Made by a program: the position numbers and the translations under genes. From NCBI RefSeq assembly GCF_006345805.1, contig NC_043003.1:76694001-76758000 (forward strand): DNA of 64,000 nt. The letters run 5' to 3'. How positions within the stretch are numbered: the first letter of the stretch is position 1; each line of letters opens with the position of its first letter. This DNA is from Octopus sinensis (lineage: Eukaryota). The notes beneath the pieces were generated by a model. The model saw only the letters and a list, made by a program, of their open reading frames with translations, was not told the origin of the DNA and made no database searches. Of the stretch, positions 35,701-50,447 are shown piece after piece.

Positions 35701-37289
35701 TTTTAGCAACCAAGAGCTCGTACTTCACTCTGAGAAGTTTTTTTAATCAAGTCGTCATTGACTTCTCTCCAGCTTTCATGTCACATCATTGTTGAATCCA
35801 ATAGATAGAAAGCTGTTTCACAACTGCTCTCTTAGGACTATACTTCTGGAGCACTTTTTTCATTTAACAGATTACTGGACAACTTAGGGTTAAGGCCATT
35901 GGCAAATGTACCAGTAGTATCTCCTGATGTCAAATTTTGAAGTGCTGTTGTCCACCGAGCGGATCTTTACTTCGTAGTCTTCTCTTTGGCCTCATGAACA
36001 AGACAATTGCTGATATCACTAATTTGTTATCGATCTAGGGTTCTACTATTCTTAAAATCTCTGATAAACAAGACATCTTATGTATCCGTCAAATATTATA
36101 GGCTGATACATAGAATTACTTAGATTTATAATGTATCCATATTGTCTTGTTACGGTATGGATGTTGGAATATGGTATTAGCAATAAAAAGAAAATATGTG
36201 ATACAGATTTAGGAGAGAAGGGGAGAGCGACGACGAAAAGGAGATCGTTACATTTTCATTTCACTGTACCATTTCCGCGCAGCACACATTCTCGAGTTTG
36301 AAATTATGTGCCCACTCTTCCAATGTAGAGATATCAGATGACTGATTGACTTCAAGTAACTAGAAATGGGCTGGTTTAATTTTTCATACGATTTGTTCTT
36401 GCTCTCTTCGTGGATAATTACATCCAGTGGATTAAATCATATACTAGACACCTAGCTTTTATCTTTCGTTTTTTACTTCTTTCTGTCATTAGACTGCGGC
36501 CATGCTGGTGCATCACATTAAATTACTCTTAGTAGAATAAATCAGAAGTTATGTGGCAGCCTGCAATTTCATAAAAAGGCATTGAACTCTGTAAAACAAC
36601 TTTTGGAGTCGAGAGCTATCAAAACTAGAAACTCCCAGAACAAATCAGAGTGTAGAACGGGCAACCAAGTGCCTTCAAGATCTTTATGATGTTTGTAAAA
36701 AGAAGGAGAAATTCACCTTTGATTTATTTTATCTAACAAACATATTAATACTTTGTTATGTCAAAAAAATCGCTAACATTCATCACCCTTTTTCTTTTAC
36801 AGTTATTTTGCGTTTACAAGGATTTAGGCAACGGAAATACTGAGGTATGTATCTAGTGCCACATAGTGATTATAGTTTTAAAAAACCCATAACTCGGAAA
36901 CTACTTCAACCAGAAAGCTGAAATTTCAGATATTGCATTGCATTGAGTCAGCACACCAAATTTGGTAAAAACCTGAGCAGGCGTTATGAACACAGCTAGA
37001 ATTTTGTATGATTTGGGTCAAAAGTGGTGATCGATTTCTTAAGCTGGAGGAGAGGTTTTTTCCCAAATAAAGCAAAATAGATGTTAGTTTCCTGACTTTT
37101 ATGAAATTACTCATCGAATTACAGTATAGGGTTATTAGGCTGTGAAAACGTCATAACACTAACGTACGTAAATATTAATCTATATAGACTCATACGACTA
37201 CATATAACAACATATATATATATACATTTCAATATCATGCATCTCAACATGTATGTATGGATTTCTACATATAAATGAGAGAAAGGGGA

Positions 37290-38045
37290 TGATTATAGAT
37301 AGGTACTCCGGACTGGAATCTGGATATTAACCCATTCGGATTTACGGTTAAGGGTGGGTTTGTACTCCTGTATACAGACAGCTTCGCTGACTTATCTCAG
37401 CAACAGTGGCTAGTGTAGATAGGATGGCTAACCTAAGTCTCCCTAAGGAGCCATTGTTGCAATCTACATCATGCTGATAGAAGATGGAGTTTGGTGTTTT
37501 CTTAACGTAGTTGTCCAGATGTCTCACCAATATAGAACTCCAGTCCCTTCCTGGCACTTAATCTGGTATACGATGTTCGTTTTGCAGTTCACATATGTGT
37601 TTGTAGAACATACTACACAATTATTTCGACACGTGATTCTATCAATTGGGTATGACTTGATATAAATTTGATTGTCCTACCTGTCTTTTATACAACTTTG
37701 ATCTTAAGGCCAATTTTGCGTAGGATTTCCTTAAATGCCCTACTTAACTCTTTCATAGGAGTAGCGTCAACAAACAGTACACTGTGAAACTTCTTGCTAT
37801 CACATCAGTTACTATTTCTATATCTTTTGTTGATGTCTATCTCCAACTTATTCCAGAACTTATTGCGTTATAGTGGGCATGTACCGATTTCCTCATCACT
37901 TTGAATGCGTTCGAATCTTGTCTCCACTCCTGATTCTATCGTACTGTGTGTAACCGGAATGTTGGCTTCGGAATATGTAGTGCTGGATGTGTTGTTGTCG
38001 TTCTTGTGGTTGACATAAAGGGGAAACTTTCCACATTTCTAACTG
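37290..38045 (-). pseudogene. Penelope-like retroelement fragment (GIY-YIG endonuclease region)
   Basis: My minus-strand translation of about 37790-37510 gives SVLFVDATP.KEL..FKEILRKIGLKIKVV*KTGRTIK, CRNNCVVC..NCKTNIVYQIKCQE and, after a frameshift, FYIGETS. Confidence 0.78.
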
Positions 38046-39311
38046 TGGATAGAAAATACTAAGCTGAGGATAGAAAATACTATACACATATACACACACA
38101 GACATTTCTACACACTTACATGCATAAATATTTATATACATATATACATATATAGTACATACATATATAAATACATGCGTATATCCGTATATGCATGCAT
38201 ATGCATGTACACATATGCATACGTGGATGCATACATGCACACATACAGGCACATATACATACATACATACATACATATATACATGCATACATACATATGC
38301 ACATATATATCATGAAATAGCTGTTGCTTTCTCAGATGCAGCACGAAGTTTTGTCGCGGTTTCAAGGCGACGAAAATATTTTGACACAAATTAGATTTGA
38401 ATGCTAAAGTGAAACTAATGGGTTTTGTGTGTTCTTAACTGGTTTACAAAATCTTGCACGTTGCAATTGATCATATATATATATAGGGCGGGGAGGTAAG
38501 AAGACGAGAGCGAAAATACACTTTGGATATTAAAAAATAAAGGCATTTTTATGAAAAGGAACGATAAATATATACAATTAGATGAACTAAGGTAGTATTA
38601 AGAGGAATAAAAGTCATTATTTTGAATTGTTAAAGAGATTCAAAGTCATACAATATCCATGTGAATATATATATATATATATATAATATAAATATATGCA
38701 TATATACATACGTACAGGTACATACCTACATTTCTATGTATATATACATGCATATATGGGTACAGGACATAAAAAAACGTTGAACACAATGAGAAACGAA
38801 AACATTAAAAAAAAACATGTAAGCAAACTTTTTGGCAAACAACGAAAAAACAGAGTACAAGACATACAGCACTTGGAATATTCCCCTTCTTCAGTTGTCC
38901 CTGTTTCGTCTACTCCGCATTTTGAAGGTAAGGACGAGATCCGACTACGTTGAAACAGTCCTTCCCGCAAAGCAAATTAAATAAAATTTGGGATTTTTTG
39001 AGGAGTGGTAGCAAGAACAGGGCAGTAAGAAAAAAACAAGAGAGTAAAAACAATACAAGTAAAAGCAGAAAAAGACAGGACAAAGAGAATAACACAGAAA
39101 AACAAACGATGAGGGTTGTTAGGCCAAGACGATGGAATAATTATTGTGAACGCATTAAGGAGGCAGCTTATTAGAGAGAGAGAATAAGCCGTCTTGACTC
39201 GGTGATGATAGCAGTTGGAAAGATGGCTTCCCTCTAGTCACGTGTCAGTGACGAGAGTCGAGGAGGAGGATATATATATATATATATGTATGTATGTATA
39301 TACATTATACG

Positions 39312-39342
<31 letters not shown>

Positions 39343-41125
39343 CATTTACAGATAAATTCATCTATTTACATAATATCGAGATCTCTTTCTTTCTTTTGGT
39401 GTCTTACCATTGTTATCAATATATCATTGGAAGATAACCACGATCTGAAAATACAGACCACTAAAGTAATGTTACACCATTCGATAAGATAACACATTTT
39501 ATAAATGCAAATATGTGTGCGCATGCGCGCATGTGCGTGTATTTGTGTGTGTATTGATATTGATATATTGATATATTGATGTATTATTAATCACTGTGTA
39601 ACGCCTGACATTTCATTACCTGGGACTTCATATTCGGGTGTTTCTGTGTTAATGCTGTATTAAGTGAATAGTGCGTTACCTTAGGTCCTCAAATACATTT
39701 TCCCTTTAAGCCATGCATTCTCTTATGATTCCATAAAGTTACTATTTTTTAAACTGAAGATCAATAGAGTGAATTCACTCATTTTTGTTTTTTAATAATC
39801 TCCTCCACGTCGTATCACCAACAATGACATCACAAAAACCTCAACAACACCTTCACTATCACCCACTTCGCCACAAGCATGACTGCTTGCCCCCATCACT
39901 AATATCAGCATCAGCATTACTAACAACATCATCATCATTACAATCTCCAGCCTTGGAGTATAAAATGGTAGAAATACAAACTATATTGACCGTCACGTTA
40001 TCACGTCTACATTGGCCATCTAACATTTATTCGCCGTGTAAACACTATATATAACTGTGTCCATAATAATTTCTTTTTATCTATAAATGCGATCTAACTG
40101 GATTTAACGTAATGTTTGTTTGCTTTTATAACATTTTCGTCAACTTAAATCGAGGAGGTTTTATTAAAGCAATAAATCGTTGGTTACGAGTAACGTACAT
40201 TGATATGAGAGATTTTAATAAATAATAAATTTTGAGATCATAAATTTTCTTTACGGTTTCAAAATTATAACCGGTTATTTATCTTCGAAGTGTAGCGATG
40301 TTGAAGTATAATGTTTTGAAGTTATAACTGCAATTTATTTCAATCAGATATTGAGAAATTGCTAGCCTTAGAAAATCAAGGTAATTTACATTTAGACACT
40401 CGTCTATTCTTCCCATTTTTTAAAAGTATATTACATCAATTCTAAATATAGTTAAGATAACATATCGTTTCTTTGTTCGTTTCCATCTCGTAGTTTTCTT
40501 ATGTTGTTGATACTCTTTCAAAGTGACTTGTGTGTGTGTGTGTGTGTGTGTCACTCCCTCACTCACTCCTCTCTCTCCCATCTCTCCCTCTCCTTCTCCT
40601 CCTCTTCTCTGCCCCCTCTCTCTCTGTATATATAAAACTGAGTATGTGTGTGTGTGTGTGTCTGCCTGTCTGTCTATATGCATGTATGTGTGAAGCACTA
40701 AAACCGTTTTCATTTAAATTTCACGCATGCATTAGTTAGGGTCCATGGAGTGTAATGGGCCAAAGACATTTCTCTACTTCTAGCCAAATGCGGGACCGGA
40801 CCAATCTATTTGACTGGTTCTCTAACACGTGTCAAAAGTGAAACAAGACCATCAATATTGTAATGTCATATAATATTGTTTCACTTTTATTCTTTCACTT
40901 TTAGTTCTAATGTGATAATACTAAGATCATCTTATTTTACACATTTACCGTTCAATTACCTGTTAATAATTATCGTAGCAGTTGCAACGTTGCAAGATAT
41001 TTACAGTTATATACTAACCCTTAAATTAACATTTAATATAAGTGCTTAATCTATATACATAAAATTCTTTGTCTCTCAGTCTATCTCTCTGTTATCACAA
41101 CAGCGACAAGTTAGGTACATATGTG

Positions 41126-41172
<47 letters not shown>

Positions 41173-41371
41173 TATATATATAATATATATATATATATCG
41201 CTTTGGGATTTGGTTTGCAAGATTATAGAAAAGGTTACAAGACTACTGAAAACGTTGCAAGACGCAACGAAAATGTTAGGAAAATAAAAATAATAAATAA
41301 GTGGACATTTTACCGGTGTGTGTGTTAAATTATAAGGCGCAAAAAGAAAATGACTCTCACAACGCACAACA

Positions 41372-41409
<38 letters not shown>

Positions 41410-41414
41410 TATAT

Positions 41415-41452
<38 letters not shown>

Positions 41453-41507
41453 GCACACACACACACACACACCACACACACACACATATATATATATACA
41501 TATACAC

Positions 41508-41645
41508 AATAGCCTCTGGCCGACCAATCCCTTGTGATTGGATTTCGTACACGGAAACCGAAAGAAGACAGTCGTATATGTGTATATTTGTGTGTTTGTG
41601 TGACTGTGTGTGTGTGTGTGAATGTGTGTGTGTGTGTGTGTGTAT
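41508..41645 (+). mobile_element. SINE family A internal fragment
   Basis: atagcctctggccgaccaatcccttgtga.tggattt.gta.acggaaac.gaaagaag. Confidence 0.75.
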
Positions 41646-41949
41646 ACAGAGCGATAATAGTACAATATATTCATACATATACATATATACATATATAATG
41701 CATATTTGTGTGTATATGTGTGTGTGTATCTATATGCGTGCATGTATGTATGCATTTATATATGTATGTATGTGTGTATGTATGGGTGTGTATGTATAAT
41801 TTTTTGTGTTTAATTTTAATTCTTCAGAGAGTTCAAGCCGACTGTTAATAAAGCAACGAAACTTTTTGAGTTGAGAGAGTTCCCGGTGTTTGTAAATATG
41901 CGGTTGAGTTGGTTTCATGGCTGAAATGTTGATGCATACACCCAAATGT

Positions 41950-43480
41950 GTGCATCTTTTCACATAAGGATCTCACATGGAGAATTTTTCGAAATGTCTT
42001 ACAAATCTTCACTGTGACACATTGGATTAGGAAAATCTGGATCAGTTTATTTTTTTGTTAAATTTCTATGAAACTGAATATTTCTAGGTTTTTGTGCAAA
42101 TTTATTGTTACATAACATAATGCACCTATTATGATAGATACAAATGAGAATTCATAGTCAGGGTACAAGAGCTGTAAGTTTTGCATTAATTCGCCATGAA
42201 TGTCCTCTTTTTCCTGGACTTTTGATTTTATAACTGATCTCTACAACATTGCATGATTTTTGTTCCCTGCCCCACAGAATAATATGTTTGGACCGAATTA
42301 GTGTTTTTATTGTGGTGATCCACCAGTATTTCTTCTTTTGAAAGGGGTGAATATCTGATGGTTCTGACATGCCTTTGTGGTACACGTCAGGGCAATCCTT
42401 CCTACAGATAGCACTGTAAAGAGTCTTTGCCGTTTTATCATACTTCACGGGCAGGTAGTATCTCGTAGATATGCTGCTAATGTAAGTGATATCTTCCACA
42501 CTAGTATAGCAGATCCAACATTTTCTTTTTGTTATCGCAACGTGAAGTTTTTGAGGTATTTTTGCCTCTTTTGTTTATCAGGTATTTAGTAGCTATCACC
42601 TGTTCCTGGATAGCGAAGACATAGGTGAGATGTAAAGCATTTATCGCAGGTCCAGAAGAGGACAATCGTCTAGTCAGCGCTGTTGTTATTCTCTGTCTTA
42701 CGGGATGTGTACCCATGTATTGGTTTTTGATGGTATGATGCCTGTTTCTTCTCCAAGCTACTGTTTATATAGGCAAGTCCAATCTTCTTTGCGTCCCATG
42801 AAACAGTTGTATTTTCAGAGTATCATCAAAAATATTTCCTCTACAACTTTGAAGATTTTGTTATTCTCCCTTTTAAATATGCATGGAATATACTCATTTC
42901 TTTCTTTACTGTTTAGCAGTTGTTGTCTGAGTGATACAATGCGACATTCAAAGACTTTTTGGACCGACCTTATACCTCTACCGCCAGCATTTCGCCTCAC
43001 ATATAACCTATCAGTGTCGCTGTTAATGTGCAGTTTGCAGGTAACGGTCATTGCCTTTCTGGCTTTGATCTCCAGACCGCGTATCTTATCGAGAGTCCAC
43101 TTCAATATCCTAAATCTTGGTACTAGCACCGGTACTGCAAAAACATTGATAATTGCAGGTAACTCTCAGTTCCATATTTTCTGGTGTCTACAAAATCACT
43201 CTTTTGTTATTCTGGCATTAGTTACAGCACTAATGCATGCAAAATTCTCATCAATTCCGCTTTACTTGTAGATTTCATCATTAGAGACAGAGGAGATAGA
43301 GAAACTATTAATGTACATGTTCTCTACCTGGCGACAACCTTTCTTTGGTTGACTATTATGTATGTGTATCTACCTCCATTCCTATATCGCGTGAGAATGG
43401 TGTGACTAGTTCGAATTCTCTCTTGATGTTGGTCATATTACCAGAATATAACTTTAGCTCTTCAACAAAAAATGCATGTA
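41950..43480 (-). pseudogene. R4/Dong-like non-LTR retrotransposon 3' fragment
   Basis: LHINSDTDRLYVRRNAGGRGIRSV; YVFAIQEQVIATKYL; YLPVKYDKTAKTLY..KYWW. Frameshifted. Confidence 0.8.
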
Positions 43481-44110
43481 TGTATGCATACATTTATTGT
43501 ACTATGATTTCGCTTACTCAAAATTTTAATAATAGTTATTACCTATGAGATTTTTATTCCCATGCTAGCCACTTAATAAGATCGGTATTTTAAATAACGA
43601 TATTATCCTTATTTATATAAATTTATATATTTACTTCATCATTATATTCACTGCGGTGGTATTTTGACCATATCGTACGAGGAGTTTAGGTGGGCAATTT
43701 TAACTGGTCGTGTGCATACGTGTATATATGTGTGTGTATACGTGTATAATTACAATGATATACATACATGTAACATATTATTTTTCCCATATAAGATATA
43801 AGATATAAAATATAGTAATATAAAATATATAAGGATACCAGAAATTATTATAAAAGACACGAATATAATATAAATTGGGAAAATAACTTACAGCTGTTTC
43901 AGCCAATATATAAAAATACCACATTCTACCTTTATTACTCAAGTGGATTGAAGTAATAGGTAGATAAACATGAGGTACTTGTGTATGTCTGTAGGCTTCT
44001 TCAGAGATTATAAAGTACATAATGTTAAACTATAATAACTATAAATATAAAATACAAACACATCTGAATATTTATATATATAGATATAAATATACATACA
44101 TATATAGATA

Positions 44111-44313
44111 TACTCCTTTACTTGTTTCAGTCATTTGACTGCGGCCATGCTGGAGCACCGCCTTTAGTCGAGCAAATCGACCCCGGGACTTATTCTTTGT
44201 AAGCCCAGTACTTATTCTATCGGTCTCCTTTGCCGAACTGCTAAGTAACGGGGACGTAAACACACCAGCATCGGTTGTCAAGCAATGCTAGGGGGACAAA
44301 CACAGACATACAA

Positions 44314-44405
<92 letters not shown>

Positions 44406-44562
44406 CAGCTTCTTTCAGTTTCCGTCTACCAAATCCACTCACAGGCATTGGTCGGCCCGAGCTATAGCAGAAGACACTTGCCCAAGATGCCACGCAGTGG
44501 GACTGAACCCGGAACCATGTGGTTGGCTCGCAAGATACTTACCACACAGCCACTCCTGCGCC
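44111..44562 (-). mobile_element. SINE family A, full length, young
   Basis: Complete reverse complement from the head ggcgcaggagtggctgtgtgg to the tail gactgaaacaagtaaaaggagta. Confidence 0.92.
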
Positions 44563-45052
44563 TATATTATTATATATAAATTATTATGTATATACTGGAA
44601 TATACATACATATCTACATCCATAACATGTATAATATTCAGTTATTAGTAATATTATTAATATTAGAGGCATTCTGTTATTCACAATAGATAGTATATAG
44701 AATATAGAATATATTATATAACCAGATATTTTTCAAAGTTATAAGGATAGTAATTTCACAATCAATATATCAATATATGATACAGTTATTACAGTTATGT
44801 CAAAACTAATCTGCATACACATGACGAACGTATATATGCATATGCACACATACATATACGCACAAACATATATATACATAATGGTAAAATATCTCTTTAC
44901 CTTCACTCATTTAATACACTAGGTAATATAATTGTAATGCAATAAAAAACAACACTTGTGTATTAATACTTTGGTATTCTACCAGCAGTATATTGGATAT
45001 ATATTATTCCTCAGTGGGTTGGATCCACAACCTCTAACTTTCTTTAAGTTAC

Positions 45053-45123
<71 letters not shown>

Positions 45124-45800
45124 GGCTTCTTTCAGTTTCCGTCTACCAAATCCACTCACAAGGCATTGGTCGGCCCGAGGCTATAGCAGAAGACACTTGC
45201 CCAAGATGCCACGCAGTGGGACTGAACCCGGAACCATGTGGTTGGCTCGCAAGATACTTACCACACAGCCACTCCTGCGCCTATATTATTATATATAAAT
45301 TATTATGTATATACTGGAATATACATACATATCTACATCCATAAACATGTATAATATTCAGTTATTAGTAATATTATTAATATTAGAGGCATTCTGTTAT
45401 TCACAATAGATAGTATATAGAATATAGAATATATTATATAACCAGATATTTTTCAAAGTTATAAGGATAGTAATTTCACAATCAATATATCAATATATGA
45501 TACAGTTATTACAGTTATGTCAAAACTAATCTGCATACACATGACGAACGTATATATGCATATGCACACATACATATACGCACAAACATATATATACATA
45601 ATGGTAAAATATCTCTTACAACCTCACTCATTTAATACACTAGGTAATATAATTGTAATGCAATAAAAAACAACACTTGTGTATTAATACTTTGGTATTC
45701 TACCAGCAGTATATTGGATATATATTATTCCTCAGTGGGTTGGATCCACAACCTCTAACTTTCTTTAAGTTACATATTATATATATATATATATATATAT
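44403..45800. repeat. ~720-bp near-identical direct tandem duplication (44403-45119 and 45120-45800)
   Basis: Each copy has the SINE A head half, ~500 bp of AT-rich unique sequence and (TA)n. Differences are mainly 1-nt indels. Confidence 0.95.
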
Positions 45801-46182
45801 TCAGGCCTCAATGGCCGAACACTAGTCACACGCTTGAAACTCATATATATGGTAACAAGGAGTCTGAATCAAACTGTTCTGATATATATATATATATATC
45901 TGTCTGGCTGTCCATCTCTCACTTTATCTATCTCTGTATATATATGTATATATATATATTGACGTATATCTATGTATCTATCTATCTGTCTGTCTGCCTG
46001 TCTGTATGCCTATATATCTGTCTATCTATCCATCTATGTGTATATATATATACAGAGATGGATAGACAGATAGATAGGCAGACAGACAGGCAGGCAGACA
46101 GGCAGGCAGACAGACAGACAGTTAGATAGATACATAAATAGAGAGATAGATAGATAGATTGACAGATAGATAGATACATACA

Positions 46183-46216
<34 letters not shown>

Positions 46217-46339
46217 CATACATACATACAGTATACTACCAAAAGACGACAACAAAGAATTTATTTATGCACTGCAGCCTCTGGCGTCCAACAATGTTAA
46301 TATAACCTAGGTACTAATAAATCCTGGAACTGACCTATA

Positions 46340-46370
<31 letters not shown>

Positions 46371-46483
46371 TTAGCGTGTACGTGCGTGAATGTGTGTGTG
46401 TATATATATATATTCATGCATATATATATATAGAGAGAGAGAGACAGAGAAAGTGAGAGAGAGATGGAGAAACATAGATAGAC

Positions 46484-46562
<79 letters not shown>

Positions 46563-46860
46563 GAGAGAGATAGATAGATAGATAGACTGACAGACAGAGA
46601 GAGAAACAGGCAGACAGACGGACGGATTGATGGATGGATGGATTAATGGATGGATGGATTAATGGATGGATATAGATATACAGGAATATTCAACAAAGCA
46701 CTTCATTTCACGTTACTCTGCGATTACTTCGTCATCCAACACGTGATATGTCGTGCTCACTTTGAGCACAAACATTTGGTTACTATAAACAAATCATTTG
46801 TGTGTTTGTTCAACAAGAAATTGCAGAGCTCTCATATGACATCTCACAAGTGAGACCTTA

Positions 46861-46894
<34 letters not shown>

Positions 46895-47179
46895 GTATTA
46901 AGAAACATGGATGGAATCAAGTTTGGCTACAGCTGTTTCAACAGCATTTTTATTGATTAATTGTCGATTGCTACAATTACAACATTAAAAAAACCACTTT
47001 GAGCCGGTGATTTTAAACTTAGGTGGGAGAAGAAATTATGAATTAATGCGCCTCGCTGGGCATCGACAGAAATCTATCCTTTCCCAGCGTCCTGAATGAT
47101 AGGATATCTATATTCTAACGAATAGACATACATGTAAAAGTAATATATAAACATATATACACATGTATATGCATGTATG

Positions 47180-47210
<31 letters not shown>

Positions 47211-47374
47211 ATATATACATATATACATATATATATATATATAATATACATATATATAACATATATATATATATTATATAATATATATATATATACATAC
47301 ATATACATATATATATATATGCCTATGAATTCAGTGAAGCATACTTGTATATACTATACTTGCTATATATATAT

Positions 47375-47417
<43 letters not shown>

Positions 47418-47597
47418 CATACATATACATATACTTAATATATATATAATGTAAATATATATATATACACACATATATAGTCATATATATATATGTACTT
47501 ATGTATATGTGAGCGCGTGCGCGTATGTGTGTGTGAGTGTGCTTGCACACGTGTGTGTATGTGTGTGATTGGAATCAAATATACACACACAGACAAA

Positions 47598-47688
<91 letters not shown>

Positions 47689-48429
47689 GAGAGAGGGGGG
47701 AGTGTGTTAGTTACATAGGCGACATACGCATAACCCACCACTGCCACACACATACACACAAACTCAACTCTTGTTCAGACAAAATGATTTGATGACCGAA
47801 CAAAGGACAATCTGAATGTTGCGGCATTAAGTCAGTCGTAATACACAATACAATAGAATAGAACAAAGTTGTTCCAGAGCCAATAATGCGATATAATAAA
47901 TTAAATAGAGACGCCGGACATTGTTGCAAAAACTACAAATATATGGCAGCTCTATCTTTCATCTTCCTGGTTAGATTTCCTGTTTTGTTGTTATTGTAGT
48001 AGTTGGAGATTTGGGCTTTTTTTTCTTCCTTTCTGTTTATTTTATAAGCATTTATTATTATTATTTTTTTGTAGATTTCATTATATTTATATATTTAATG
48101 TTTTGTTTGAATTTTTTTATATTTTTGTAGGAGGCTTCGTAAATGAAAGAAAATAGTTGGAAGAAAATTGAATGTTTGTGGCGTTGATGGAGATAATACC
48201 TCAGGTGGTTGTGGTGGTGGTGGTGAGCGCTATATTAAGTGATTTAATTATAGGTTTGAAATATATATATATATATATATATATATATTTCAACAATTGA
48301 GGGCAAAATTAATTAATTATTAATCAATTTCACCAGTGTTCAGTATGCAAAGGGACCATTCAAGGCGAATTCAAATTATTACATTATATTATATAAAAGG
48401 GCTTAGTAAAATTATTTTACTAAGCCCTT

Positions 48430-48508
<79 letters not shown>

Positions 48509-48949
48509 GTATGAGTCTGTATATGTGTAAATATGTACATATATATTCGGGTGTTTGAAGTTATATAGAAACATTCACATTGTAAACGATTAACATATAC
48601 GGGTATAAGTTATACAGTAGAATAAAGGTTATATGAGGTATAACTCGAAGCAAATCGTAGAGCAGATATATACGCTTCATATAATAGATTGCGGACAGTC
48701 ACTTACAAATTTTCCCACCCTAAAAAATTTAAAAGTAATTCTTTCTTCTTAAGTTATAAAAATGCACGCGTCGCGTAATATTTTATATCTGACGAGTTGT
48801 CTTGTAGTATCTGTTCCTTGTACTCTGAGTTATTTCTCCGAGTACTGGTGGAAATGACTAATCACTCGTCCACTCGCAGTAACAGGACATAGACCTAGCA
48901 CTGTCACAAATATGGCAGCAACGCTATAACTGATATTGTTCCAAATTTT

Positions 48950-50403
48950 AGAATACTAAATTTTAGAATTTTAGAATTTTAGAATAGGTACTACAGTACC
49001 GAAGCAAATATAACGTTATACCGCTATCGACAACTCAAATACTATACTGATATCATAGAGCCATAGCCAAACTCCCATTAAGACGTGTCCGGTTCCATTC
49101 TCCGGTTGTGTAGTTTATCCAATTTCAATTCCTAGTTGTTTACAGCATCCGGTCTTGATTCCCTATTTCTACCATTTCGCTTTAATGTCCTCAAGTCACA
49201 ATTTCCTACCTGTTCTGTACTAAATTTTAGAAAGTTGACCAACCGTTTTGGTTTTGTATAACATGTCTCTTTATTATCAAATTATTTTACTTTATAAACC
49301 AGAATCTGTATTAAGCTAAGTTTACACATCTTACATTTATCTACAAAATTATTTCATTTTGCTAATAGTATATATGAATATATTTACAGAATCTTCTCAT
49401 CCTTCAACCATTGACTGCTACTCAAATAATTTTAATATATGCCATCGATCGCCCACTTACTCCTTCAGTACATCAATAAATGAACTAGTCCATTTGCTTT
49501 GGCATATATATATATAATTGATTTTTAAAGCTCTGTAAATATGTTTATTAGTCAGTAAATTCATATATTTTAACTTATATTCATAGCTGTCGGCTGACTT
49601 AAAATGTGCATTTTCAAATTAGTAATATTTCAGTTACTAACGTTAATATGAATAACTCACCTACAGGAGAAAAGCGGTGAGTTGCCCCCGCCTTCTTTTC
49701 TTCCACTCCTCTCTCCCTTTGTGTATGTGTATATATATGCGTGTGTGTGCGCGCCTGTGTGTATGTTTGAGTGTATGTGTATATATGTGCCTGTGTCTGT
49801 GTACGAGTGCACATGGATGTATTTATGCATGTGTGTCAGTGTATATGTGGCTCTTTTCTACACTGATTTGGAATCTTACAAATAACCATCAGCGAATCAT
49901 CGCTACTTGAGCCACGATGACGGCTACACGTCGAAAGGACACGCGGCTCCTCTGCACGGCTAACAACTAATACAGCTTAGAGAGAAATCTAAATCATACA
50001 AGAGAACTTCTCTACTGTTTTCGAATATACTCGTCTGTTTCTTAAGTTAATTTTTCAAAAGCGAAAGAAGTAAGCTTCCTATACGGAAAATGTCGTGATT
50101 CCTTGACTCCACGATTTTCTTCTATTCTTTCTTTTTTACTGTTTGCCAGAGACCGCTGTCAAATATTTCGAAAGTCCGTTAACGTAAATCACATCCTGAG
50201 ATAGTTCTCCCATCAGCTACCCTATAATTCAAGTTTCGTATTCTCTCCCACTTTAGAAATAATCTCTTAGCAAAGTACAGAATTTCAGGAAAGTCATTCA
50301 TCCAATCGGTCTATTACAGAGAATAATGATTTAGCGATAACACATGAGTTATGTTTTCTCTCTCTCTCCCTCTCTCTTACTCTCTCCCCCCTCTCTCTCT
50401 CTC

Positions 50404-50447
<44 letters not shown>

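Noticed and set aside
36700-37150. MITE-like interior sequence
   Set aside because: No convincing terminal inverted repeats or target duplication identified.
38860-38990. GAAAC and CUGAAGA motifs on the minus strand of a repeat (similar region at 31600-31715)
   Set aside because: I could not assemble the stems into any hammerhead topology; probably a repeat relic.
42705-43271. Longest ORF in the track (188 aa, plus strand)
   Set aside because: It is antisense to the R4/Dong-like fragment, whose motifs are on the minus strand.
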